DNA from: Vicugna vicugna | Lineage: Eukaryota | Direction: 5' to 3' | Assembly: GCA_013265495.1 (NCBI GenBank) | Contig: MU063893.1 | Coordinates: 310,001-374,000, forward strand | Length of the DNA stretch: 64,000 bases | In this document: piece by piece, positions 51,501 through 62,364 of the stretch | Layout: each line of letters opens with the position of its first letter | How positions within the stretch are numbered: position 1 is the stretch's first letter | The notes under the pieces: generated by a model | Told to the model about the DNA's origin: nothing | The model's input: only the letters and a program-made list of their open reading frames with translations | The model's database searches: none | Translations under genes and position numbers: made by a program

Positions 51501-52129
51501 ATAAACCACGATACATTCCTCACTGCTATATATAGACACTCAAGTAGTGAAGAAGCTAAGGACAGAATTATTTTTCTCATAAGTTTCCCTAGTACTTTCA
51601 GGACTTAGTCATAAACTAACATTGTACCAAATGGATTATTATACACTTGCCATATTAAGATGTTGAGTCCTTTAAAGGTCATTGTTTAGTCTGTTGTGAT
51701 TATGCTGTTTCGTCAATGATGTCATAATTATTGCTTTAATAAAATCCTGTGATGCCGTATCAGAGGTAAAAACTTTTACAGAAATGTAAGCAGCAGAGGT
51801 GGCTAGAGGTTGATGGAAGAAAGCTGTTTTCATAGAAGAGAAACAGTCCTTACTTAGCTTATGCCTCTCATGGGGCAAAAGGAATGCCATCCTTCAACTA
51901 CTTGTGCTCGCTTCTAAGTGAAATGTTTTCCATTTTTACATATAGCATTAGTATAAACAAGCAAATATTATAACTCTGAAGGTTTAGAGGATATGATAGC
52001 AGCTAAGTATGTTAACACTATATAAATTTATAGTGTCCTGGGTAAGCATTCCAAGACCCCCAAAATGGAATCTGTCTTAGCTGACAACCTCTGTTGGATA
52101 AGATACAGGTAATGGGAAGAGAAACAGAA

Positions 52130-52310
52130 AGAGTATCTAACTGAAGACATTAGTTTGAGTTGCAGACATTTACTTACTGGCCTTGATACCAATGACCGTC
52201 TGCTTAATCTCTTCTTATAGCCTCGGCTTACTTCTTCAGATAACAGAAATGATAGGACCTGTTCTGTATATTTTATAGAGTTGTTAATATTAAATGAGAT
52301 AACATGTTTA
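52130..52310 (+). mobile_element. MIR SINE remnant
   Basis: tttacttactggccttg...cttaatctc...aaatgataggacc...attaaatgagataacatg. Confidence 0.65.
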
Positions 52311-53229
52311 GAGTCCTAAGATTATGGGGTTTTTTTAGTTTTTTTTTTTTTTTTAGGTTAAAAATGCAGAGCATGCTCATGGTAAACAAGAAGGAGGAGG
52401 AGGAAGGGAGAGAACAAACTACCAAATTAATAATATGAAAAAGGCAGCATGAGAATCATGCAGCTTTTTGTTAGAAAGTTTTAGAATAATAATAGTTCTC
52501 GTTATTAGCAGAAGTTATGGCAAGAACCAGATGACCGTGGACAAATCCCTTACTCACTGTTACAGTGTCTTAATCTATAAAATAAGAGATCCAAGCTAGT
52601 TTATTTTTTAACTTAAAGGCTATATTTGTATATTATTCTCCAGAGGAAGTCACCAAAAATATTTTTTAAACTAAGTATAGCCCTATATTTTAGTAAAATG
52701 AACATGAAGATTAAAATATTGAAAAGAACATTAGGAAAATAAATGTTTTGTATTTTTCAATCAAATTTATTAAAATGAACATTTTTGAAACTAATATATA
52801 TATCTCAGTTCCAAAAATACCCATGAATTTATCTAATGAATAGACAAAGGCAAACTTACAAGGAAGTCAGAATTCTGATCTTATTGCTACATTAGCTAAT
52901 AAGGAATCATTAGAATAATGATTGGGTTAGTGAAATTATTTTGTTCAAATAAATTACATGAATAAATAATTGTATGAATAATGACCCAAAGCAGTACTAT
53001 TGAAACAATTCCTCTGATTAGGTAAATAGAGTTTGAATTAATAATATTAATTGTTCATCTTGTGTTGATTCAACAAACATCTTTTGGGCACCAGTTATAT
53101 TAGAGACACTAGGCTGGCTAGTAGAACTACAAAGACTAAGTCAAAATTCACTGTTTTACTAGTGAAGAAGGAAGAAACTTAGTGTATCAATCAGTGTCCT
53201 ATGGGTCAAAGGTCTGAACAGGAGATCTA

Positions 53230-53900
53230 CAAAAAATGGAAACCTGAAAGGCTACTAACTATATGAAAATAAGTGCTCAGACTCTCCAGTAATCAGAGAA
53301 ACACAAATTAAAACAAAAAGCTGCATGTTGTCTCTCTAGAACTGGTAAATGTGGGAAGTTGAATAATAACAATTGTCTAAAGGCTATTAAGAAACAGGAC
53401 TTACCTGATCAGAGCAGGGTCTGCTACAGCTATCCAAGAAAATAAGGCAGCAGTCAGAGGTGGCTTACAATGATGCCTTGATCCAGTGGTCTCACTCTTG
53501 GGCTTATGTGGTAGGGAAATGTGTAACTCAAGTCCATGACACAAAAGGAAAATTTTAATTTGAGCACCATTTCAAGCAGCTTGAGGCAACTTGCGTGCTC
53601 ATCACTAGAGAAATGTGTAAGAAAGGGTGTTATGATTTGCTCACTATGGAATCAGAAGCAATACATTTGAAATAGCTGCAGCAATATAAAAACATGATAT
53701 TGAGTGAAAAATAAAAGGAAACAGAAGAACAATATCTATCAGTAGATATCTAACAGTATCATTTAGTAAATTAAGATCATAAGAAAAAAAATGTATCTTT
53801 TCCAGAGTTACACATCTAGCCAAAGAATAAGTATAAGCAATTTGAACAAGTTTTAAGGAGAGAAGGGGTGATGGAGTGTAAGAGTTAAAAATGAAGAGAA
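53230..53900 (+). mobile_element. Old L1ME ORF2 end / 3'UTR fragment
   Basis: cagtaatcagagaaacacaaattaaaacaa...ctcactcttgggcttatg...aaacatgatattgagtgaaaaa. Confidence 0.7.
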
Positions 53901-54099
53901 GGAAAATATTGGTAATATAAAAATAAGAGAAGGACATTGCAGAGACTAATAAGGATGTTGGGTATAGTCTGAGGAATATGATTAACTCGACTTTCCATTT
54001 GACATTCAAATAACTCTAACCTAAACAAACAAGCAAATAAGAACAGAACAGAATAAAATATGAGGCGCGGAAGCAGGAATGGAAGCAAAGATGGAACAA

Positions 54100-54620
54100 C
54101 AACAACAAAGCAGCTAGGCCAAGAGCTGCCAGAAGGGTTTCATAAAGCTGATGATGTCTGAAAGCTGAATAGGAGGCAGGCAGTTGAGAAATGTGAGGAT
54201 GTAAGGATGAGGGGATGTGAAGGAGGTGCTTTTAAGGTGGGAGACAAGGATAGATGAAAAAGGGCAAGAAGTCGTAACATACAGTGTTGTGTTTGGAGAA
54301 CAGCATGTAATTGCCTTGAACGTTGAATACTTAGGGAAATTCTGAGATACTTCTGGAAAGATGCAGGGGGGCAAGATTATAAATTTTATGTCAAGGATAC
54401 AAGTAGGTAGGTAACATAAGGAAATGGGAGTGACAAATAGGAGCAAGATGTAAATTCAAAAGATATTTAAGAGGTAGAGTTGACAGGTCATGTTAGTCAT
54501 TGGTTGCAGGAAGTGTGGGAGAGGCAGGAGACCAGGAGATGGCTCACAATTTTAACTTGATGGTAATATGATTCACAAAGATGGGTAAAATAGAATATGG
54601 AGAACTTTGAAGAAAATATG
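54100..54620 (-). mobile_element. L2 LINE remnant
   Basis: tcaaaagatatttaagaggtagagttgacagg...ggagaggcaggagaccaggagatggctc is typical antisense L2. Confidence 0.7.
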
Positions 54621-56721
54621 GTAAATTACATTCTATCAAAATTCCTTTCTTTATTGAACTCTTCAAAGTTTCTCCATGACTTTCTCCATGACTCCAGACC
54701 AAATTCCATTTCCTTATATTTTCCTTAAGAAATTTATGACAAGACCTCTGTCAATGAGTTGCTTTAAGATTTCCAGGTGGTTTTATTTAGCTATAATATT
54801 TTGAATGAACATCCTTTAGTAGACCTCTTTATACATTTTTATAAAGATAGCTGAAATCTAAATTCCTACCCCATAGTATTCCTGAGACAAGTGTTTCTTC
54901 ATTGAAAATTTTTATAAATGTATATATATTTTTATAGATATAGATACGTTGCCCTCCAAGGAAACTTGAAAGTCCAACTAATAATGTCCAATAATTTTAA
55001 CAACTGTGGATGGAGAAATGATTTCCATTGTTCATGTCAGCATTTTTTTTTTTCTCAGTCTAGGTTATATTCGTCTTTGGGTGACTTGGGTTGTCTCAAG
55101 GTGCCTTAGGATGATGACTTAGGACTAAGATAGTAGGTCTTGGAATGACTAAACTACTTCTTGTATCCCAACTAATGACAGTATGTTTGCATTTTTAAAT
55201 TGTGTTGTTGCATATCTTTTCATATGTTAAAAGTTAACATTTAATTTGCCTTTGCTTTGACTAGTATGTCAGTGTTCTAGACTGTTAGTCTTTTAATCTT
55301 TCCTCGTTTCTTTTCAAAGTTTTTTATATTAAAGAAATTAGCTAACTTTTTATTGTGTGCTTTACAAATATTGTTTCCCAATTTTTATTTTTACTTTTTT
55401 TCTGCAAAAATCTCAAATAATTACTGTAGTGCTTACATATATTTTTCTTATGGCTTATGATTTTTGGGTCTTATTTATTAAGGCCAAATTCCTCCTAAGT
55501 TACTGCTTTTTAAAAATGCTTTAAGATAACTTGCTTTCTAAGCAAAATAACCCATTTGGTTTAAATGCTATTTGTACTATAAAGGCACTGAGCAAATTAT
55601 CTTCCATGTGCATTTCAAGGGAAGACTACTGGCCCATATGTATTTCTTTGTAATTAGTGGGACCTGAATGAACAGAGATTACTGAATTTCAAAAAGCTAA
55701 CAAATAACTTCTCAATGATGCTTACTTTCTGATACAGACAACCGTCATTCATTTTTTGTCAACTTGGGCTACTTTTTCCTTCAGAAGTCGTGCTCCCAGA
55801 AATGTGTCATAGCTTATTTGATGAATTCTCAACTTTCTTTCCTGTGTCCCTTATGAAAGATCACTCAGTTGTCACCAGGCTTTGGCGATATTATCTGAAA
55901 AATGTTTAGCATGTGTTTACTTAAACACAACTTGGTTGAGCAGCAGAAAGTAAATGGGGGTTTAATAGTTACTTCCTTACCACCCGATTGCTGCCACCAG
56001 AGCACATGCCTCTCACAGGCAGGAACCTTGTCTTAATCATCACGGAATACCCAGAGTAGATCACAGTGCCTAATCCAGAGTTGTTTAATAGGTTTATGAG
56101 GACAAAATGAATGAGTGAATGATTGAACAGTCTCTAGTCTCTACCATTGACTTGATATGTGACCTTATATAAATTACTTAATCTTTCTGGGCTTCAAATT
56201 CTCATTCTGCCAAACAAATATAAATTCTAGCCTGACAGTACCAAAGATTTGGCAGGAAGATAAGTAAGATAATAGATTTGGTAGTGATTTGAAAAAAATT
56301 TTCATAAAATTGATGTAATCATGTCAATATGCATTTAGTAAATAACTTCTTTTGCAGGCTGTGGAATATTTCTAACTACATGGAATGTGCTAATTATTTG
56401 ACACTAACTGCAAGTGTAACATGGAGATCAGAAAAAAATAACTCATTGAGGGGAATGTATTGGCTAATAAAGTATCATTATTATTATCTTGCCTTTATTA
56501 TTATAATTATCAGTATTATTATGAAAAAGACTAAAGCAACCAGGCAGAAGGATTCTATTGACTATAAAAGTCACACACTTCTTATGCTTTCTCCCATAAT
56601 TTTGTTCTCCTATTGGTTTATTAATTTTTATGTCTTTACCAGAAACCCCATGATGCTTTGGAAAGTTTGTATATAATTTTGGTTTATTTAGTTCAATTCA
56701 TTAATATTATGCTCAGTTAAA

Positions 56722-56762
56722 TTGATTGATGATAGATAGATCAATAGATCGATCGATAGATA
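56722..56762. repeat. Degenerate (GATA/GATC)n microsatellite
   Basis: ttgattgatgatagatagatcaatagatcgatcgatagata. Confidence 0.8.
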
Positions 56763-56994
56763 CTCAGTTCTAGATATGGACACATTCAAAATGTCATCAG
56801 ACTTCAAATACATTCCCAGCCTGGAAGGATTGTTTGAATCTTCCATTTAAAGTCTTTGCTTTTTATATGGGGAATTTGGGCAGGTAGACACAAAAAACAT
56901 GTAAGGGAAAGAGGGAAGATTTTGGAGAAAAAATGTGGTTCAAAAGAAAGAAATTTGATATATTTTAAAGCAATGTTTATATTATGTATTTGTT

Positions 56995-57018
56995 CATTTT
57001 ATTCTATTTCCCTGCAGG
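56995..57018 (+). promoter_or_regulatory. CHRM2: Splice acceptor of the CHRM2 coding exon (exon starts at 57018)
   Basis: Pyrimidine tract plus CAG: ttttattctatttccctgcAG|gttttaaatg, 48 nt upstream of the ATG. Matches the known CHRM2 layout of an intron ending about 46 nt before the start codon. Confidence 0.9.
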
Positions 57019-57024
57019 TTTTAA

Positions 57025-57051
57025 ATGTGTATTTGGCTACTTGGCTACTGA
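57025..57051 (+). other. Upstream ORF (MCIWLLGY*) in the CHRM2 5'UTR
   Basis: ATG TGT ATT TGG CTA CTT GGC TAC TGA read directly. Out of frame with the CDS and ends 14 nt before the main ATG. Confidence 0.8.
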
Positions 57052-57065
57052 TTAGAGAACACAAA

Positions 57066-58466
57066 ATGAATAACTCAACAAACTCCTCTAACAATGGCCT
57101 GGCTCTGACCAGTCCTTATAAGACATTCGAAGTGGTTTTTATTGTCCTTGTGGCTGGATCCCTCAGTTTGGTGACCATTATTGGGAACATTCTGGTCATG
57201 GTCTCTATTAAAGTCAACCGCCACCTCCAGACTGTCAACAATTACTTTTTGTTCAGCTTGGCCTGTGCTGACCTCATCATTGGTGTTTTCTCCATGAACT
57301 TGTACACCCTTTACACNNNNNNNNNNNNNNNNNNNNNNNNNNNNNNNNNNNNNNNNNNNNNNNNNNNNNNNNNNNNNNNNNNNNNNNNNNNNNNNNNNNN
57401 NNNNNNNNNNNNNNNNNNNNNNNNNNNNNNNNNNNNNNNNNNNNNNNNNNNNNNNNACCCTGTCAAGCGGACCACAAAAATGGCAGGTATGATGATTGCA
57501 GCTGCGTGGGTGCTGTCCTTCATCCTCTGGGCCCCAGCCATTCTCTTCTGGCAGTTCATCGTAGGGGTGAGAACTGTGGAGGATGGGGAATGCTACATTC
57601 AGTTTTTTTCCAACGCTGCTGTTACCTTTGGCACTGCCATTGCAGCCTTCTACTTGCCTGTGATCATCATGACTGTGTTATACTGGCACATATCCCGAGC
57701 CAGTAAGAGCAGGATAAAGAAGGACAAGAAGGAGCCTGTGGCCAACCAAGATCCAGTTTCTCCAAGTCTGGTACAAGGAAAGATAGTGAAGCCAAACAAC
57801 AACAATGTGCCTGGCAGTGATGACGGCCTGGAGCACAACAAAATCCAGAATGGCAAAGCTCCCAGAGATGCTGTGACTGAAAACTGTGTCCAGGGAGAGG
57901 AGAAGGAGAGCTCCAATGATTCCACCTCAGTCAGTGCTGTCGCCTCTAATATGAGAGATGATGAAATAACCCAGGATGAAAACACAGTTTCCACTTCCCT
58001 GGGCCATTCCAAAGATGAGAACTCAAAGCAAACATGCATCAAAATTGTCACTAAGACCCAAAAAGGTGACTCATGTACCCCCACTAATACCACCGTGGAG
58101 CTAGTTGGTTCTTCAGGTCAGAATGGAGAAGAAAAACAGAACATTGTTGCTCGCAAGATTGTGAAGATGACCAAGCAGCCTGCAAAAAAGAAGCCTCCTC
58201 CCTCTCGGGAAAAGAAAGTGACCAGGACGATCTTGGCTATTCTGTTGGCTTTCATCATCACGTGGGCCCCATACAATGTCATGGTGCTCATTAACACCTT
58301 CTGTGCACCCTGCATCCCCAACACAGTGTGGACAATTGGTNNNNNNNNNNNNNNNNNNNNNNNNNNNNNNNNNNNNNNNNNNNNNNNNNNNNNNNNNNNN
58401 NNNNNNNNNNNNNNNNNNNNNNNNNNNNNNNNNNNNNNNNNNNNNNNNNNNNNNNNNNNNNNNNNN
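57066..58466 (+). CDS. CHRM2: Muscarinic acetylcholine receptor M2 (class A GPCR), intronless CDS, 466 aa inferred
   Basis: Translation from ATG 57066 gives [35 protein letters not shown]...[17 protein letters not shown]...[45 protein letters not shown], the M2 sequence. The first N block plus its 2+2 flanking bases equals the 48 codons expected there. The stop codon is inside the second N block; 58466 is inferred from the canonical 41 remaining residues plus stop. Confidence 0.98.
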
Positions 58467-58480
58467 NNNNNNNNNNNNNN
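57317..58480. other. Two 140-nt N blocks in the CHRM2 exon (57317-57456 and 58341-58480)
   Basis: Counted directly. The first preserves frame and the expected length. Confidence 0.97.
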
Positions 58481-59012
58481 GAAGGAAGGTGGCCAAAGGG
58501 AGCTTGGGGAAAAGAAGAAGGTTAAAAAAAACTCCTAGTTTTAAAGTCTCTGCCATTGCACTTTATAGTCTTATTATGGAATGTGCAATTAAGGAGCCCA
58601 GCAGTGACACTCTTACCGTGCCTACGCTCCAGTTTGAGAAACTTGCATCTTATAAACTCTGTCAGTTTAGGAGCAATGAGGCCATAAAAGAGATATGTTG
58701 GAATTGTGGATTTAAGGAATGATCTACGTTTTCCTGTACTCTCTTGAAGAAGGGCTTCTGAATCTATAATTTTATCTCTGCACAAAAAGAATAATAACCT
58801 CGCTCCTTTTAAAAAAAATTTTTTGTTCCCATGTGTCCATATGAGGATGAAATGCCACAGTTACAAACTAACCTGGAGACTTAAACATAAAGAAAGCCAT
58901 TAGACAACGGGGAAGTGAAGAAAGAAGATCAAAAAAGGATGTAGAAATGACCTCCAAAGTGTTAAGCATATATTATTCTTTCATTATGGTTTTGTGTGGA
59001 GAATTGCAACAT

Positions 59013-59045
59013 AATAAATGCTTATCTTTTTTACCTTTCCCTTTT
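59013..59045 (+). terminator. Candidate proximal polyadenylation signal
   Basis: AATAAA at 59013-59018 followed by a T-rich tract (ttttttacctttccctttt). Confidence 0.35.
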
Positions 59046-61088
59046 CCCCATCAAAATAGAGCAAACAAAAACAAACAAAAAAAAAGCTAGATCACATCAT
59101 TATTTTCTCATTATGACATTGGTTTCTGTACTTCCCCGTTTTACACTGTGTGAGGGCGAAATCTGCAGGGCTTTCACTAAAAACAACCAGAGACACAAGA
59201 AAAGGGGCACTTCCCCCCTGCCCACCACGTCCTTTGCATTCTTTAGGGGTGTAAAATCCTATATGGATTTAGTTCACTTACAATCCTTCATGGGATTGTT
59301 TTTAGCCAATCTTGTTTTCTACTAAACTAGCCTCTTATTTTAATGGAATAGCTACCTAATTTATAAACATATGAGAAACCAAAGTCATTTTTTAAATTAA
59401 GGTTTCATCAAATTAAATAATAGTCATTCTAGTTGGAGAAAGTTTACTCAGGCCAGGTGAATTTTGAGATAAGAAAACAGAAGGTTGAAAGGGCATCCTG
59501 TTTCAACCTGAATCTGCCTGACCCATGTATGAAATGCTAACTTGTAAAACATGAACTCCTGGCCTTTGTCAGCAGGGAGAAGATGCTGCTTTATTCATCT
59601 GGAATCTTAAATAGGATTAACATACTGACGGGGCACCAGTGACGTCTGGGTCAGTCCCAAGAGAATAAGACCTTCTCTTCAGTGCTGGCTAGAGGATGAT
59701 GTTCAATTCATAGTCAAGTAAGGTTTATAACCATTCTATGACCTATGGAGGGAAAAAAAAAATTTCAAAAACATTTACTGAAACCACATGTTTCGTATTC
59801 CCCAAATCGTCAATCCTCCCTAAAATTTTTTAACTTTTAAGTTCCAATCTTTATGACAGAAGTGTAATGGATAACTAAACAGGCCAGTTGAACTCAGCAG
59901 AATCTGAAAGAATATAGTGGTGTTCCCTGTACCACTTCTCATTATTTCTTTATAAGTCATAGAAAAGTTGTATCAGGAACCATTACCCAATAGTGGCTTC
60001 ATATAGAATCTTGTCTATGTAGAGACTTTTTAATTGTACCTCAAATAAATATGCAACTATATTGATTCCCATTTAGTTATTTTTATCCCTCAACTTTTTT
60101 TCCTTACTGTATTTGCTGTAGTCTTCCAATCAGATTTTCTAAAGATGATCCAATCAATAGAAATCAGATTTTAAAACCCTTTTCAAGCTTCATGTTTTGC
60201 ACTGTAGATTATGGGCTTTATGGGATCTTGACCAGGAATATCCGTGTGCTTTGCACAATGAATTTGTCAATATTGAGACTTAGCACTTTATAGCTATTTT
60301 GTGCGACTTGCCTCACTGATGGCATCTCAACAATTCTGAGAGCTAATAAATAAAGCACAAGGTATATAACAACAAAAAAAGGACAATTGTAAGAAGCTAA
60401 TTGCCAACAATATTTGTATGTAACTTATCCTTTATAAAAATACCTTTATGTTTCGATAACTTCAATCGTTCCCCTAACCAAATCTTCTATCTATAAGCAT
60501 ATAGCATCAGTCCATATAGATTTGTTTATTCTACCTTTACTCTACAATTACCTTAATGTAAACTTTTGCATTTTAAATCCATATTTATTTTTGTTTCTTC
60601 AAGTCAACATATCAGTTGAGTAAAAGGGATATCAAGCCAATGGGCTATTCGGTTTCCTATAAACGAAACAATTGACTGGCTAAATATTCTGCTTATTAAC
60701 TTGTTGTACTATTAGGGTGTAGATTCAGCTCTAGCTGGGATGAACTCTTTGTAGTCAAGGATTCGGGATTCTGGATTCAGGTCTTTTTTTTGTCTGCTGT
60801 AACAATCCAACTGACCGTGAATCAAACTGCCTCTTTCTCTCCATTGCCATTACATCTTTTCCTTCCTTCCTTCTATTCTTGATCCTCACCATATCCACCA
60901 TAACCTTATTGAAAGAGAAACCATTAAAATTAAAGAAAGGAATTGACCACAGGCTGACACAACATGGAAGCTTTGTTAACCGGAATCAGAAAAATAGAAA
61001 GAACACTGAAAATAGTAAATGATTAGAAAGATACTGAAACTGTATGCAAAGGCATGTATTAACTAACTATTGCCAGATTTGTCTATTT

Positions 61089-61292
61089 CAGTGGCTCTCA
61101 ACCAGGGACGATTTTTGCCTCCTGGGGGACATTTAACAATGTATGGACACACTTTTGGTTGTCTTAATTCGAGGGAGGGCTATTGTCATCTAGTGACTCG
61201 GGGCCGAGGATGCTGCAGAACAGCTAACAATGCCCAGGGTAGACCCCACAGCTAAGAATCATTTGGGTCAGAATGTCAGCAGTGCCAAAGTG
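61089..61292 (+). mobile_element. MER20 (hAT-Charlie) DNA transposon in the putative 3'UTR
   Basis: cagtggctctcaaccagggacgatttttgcctcctgggggacattt...catctagtg...ggatgctgc...aagaatcatttgggtcagaatgtcagcagtgcc follows the MER20 consensus; the right terminal repeat is truncated. Confidence 0.9.
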
Positions 61293-62312
61293 ATTCTAGA
61301 GCTTGCTTTATGTAAGTGGGAAAATAACCCTGTATCAGTATTAGAATATCAATGCAAATTGTTCACCTGTTTGAAGAAGGTAATGCTCACCAGTCATGTA
61401 TCAGACACACTGTCATCCATAGAGTCTGGTGTATTTGTAATTGACAGATAAGGAACAGAGGACACGTCTACATATCCAAAATCACCAGACCGGGCCCATA
61501 GCACATTGTTTCCAGCATCTTAATGTCCAATTATGATTGCCACAGAGTCCAGTCAATTGAAGTTGCAGTAGTTGGCCATTAAAATGGTTGCAGTTGATAT
61601 GGTCACATTCTATTGGAGCTGCTATTTTTCCTGTCAAAAACATTAAGAGCCTCTTTCAGAAACAATATGATTCATCTCCTTTTATTTTCAGTGGAAAGGT
61701 GAATATCTGTCCAGAATTTCTTCTTTCCTCATAGCAATAATGTAAATATCCCAGAGTGGTCTTATAAGAAGAGGAGTTTAAGAATGTGAAAAAGGCAGTT
61801 CATTTCTTAAAAAAGGAAATGATTGCCCCGCCATTAATTTAACACCAGCTCCCAAATGGTAGGACAGAGTCATCCATAGAGTAATTCATATAGGATAAAC
61901 TTTCTGGTTTGAATGTCGAAGCTGGAAGTCCCACATACTCCTGCTCTTTGTCCATTCACTATTGTTTTGATCCTGAATGTCTGACATTGGAGGACATAGG
62001 AGTTCAAAATGATGGCAACATATACTTAGAGATGCAATCTACTTTTATTTTCTCCTACTTAGTTCACTGGTAGTTGCCTTTTCCCCAATTTGATAGCATC
62101 CCTTTCAACAACCACATCACTGGTGTTGCAAATAGATTAGGGAAGCACCCAAAGCTGGATGAATTGTGCAAAGTGTATTTTCAGCATGTATATACAATAC
62201 CATGCCTCTCAAATATGCTTCTCTTAAAAGGGTGCACGCTACAGCATGAACTGTGTGCATATTTAATGTATCTTCCTGGAATATGCTGTATGCTTAATAT
62301 ACATATTCTATA

Positions 62313-62364
62313 AATAAAGTAATAAAATGTATAATAGAAATACATATTTCTGTATGCAAATAAA
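62313..62364 (+). terminator. Candidate distal polyadenylation signal cluster
   Basis: Three AATAAA hexamers at 62313, 62321 and 62359 in an AT-rich block. Confidence 0.5.

Noticed and set aside
54669-54692. Short tandem duplications (TTTCTCCATGAC x2; similar at about 7393, 19727 and 42645)
   Set aside because: Two-copy slippage products with no spacer structure; not an array or CRISPR-like feature.
3462-56676. The many 60-130 aa ORFs across the intron
   Set aside because: Expected by chance. Many lie in L1, L2, MIR or simple repeats, many start at non-ATG codons, and none shows a recognisable domain apart from transposon remnants.
1-57000. miR-490, known to lie in a CHRM2 intron
   Set aside because: I did not see either mature arm (CCATGGATCTCCAGGTGGGT or CAACCTGGAGGACTCCATGCTG) by eye. 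By my recollection it lies further upstream than this window reaches.
56856-58538. The 560-aa ORF in the track as the real protein
   Set aside because: It starts at a TTG inside the intron and reads through N bases hiding the true stop. The canonical CDS is 57066..~58466.
57311-58722. Antisense and alternative-frame ORFs over CHRM2 (57650..58093, 58113..58556, 57506..57706, 58276..58722)
   Set aside because: Shadow ORFs of a coding exon; several are open only because of N runs, and none resembles a known protein.
59378-59384. miR-9 7-mer seed match ACCAAAG in the 3'UTR
   Set aside because: A single 7-mer in about 4 kb is at chance level without conservation data.
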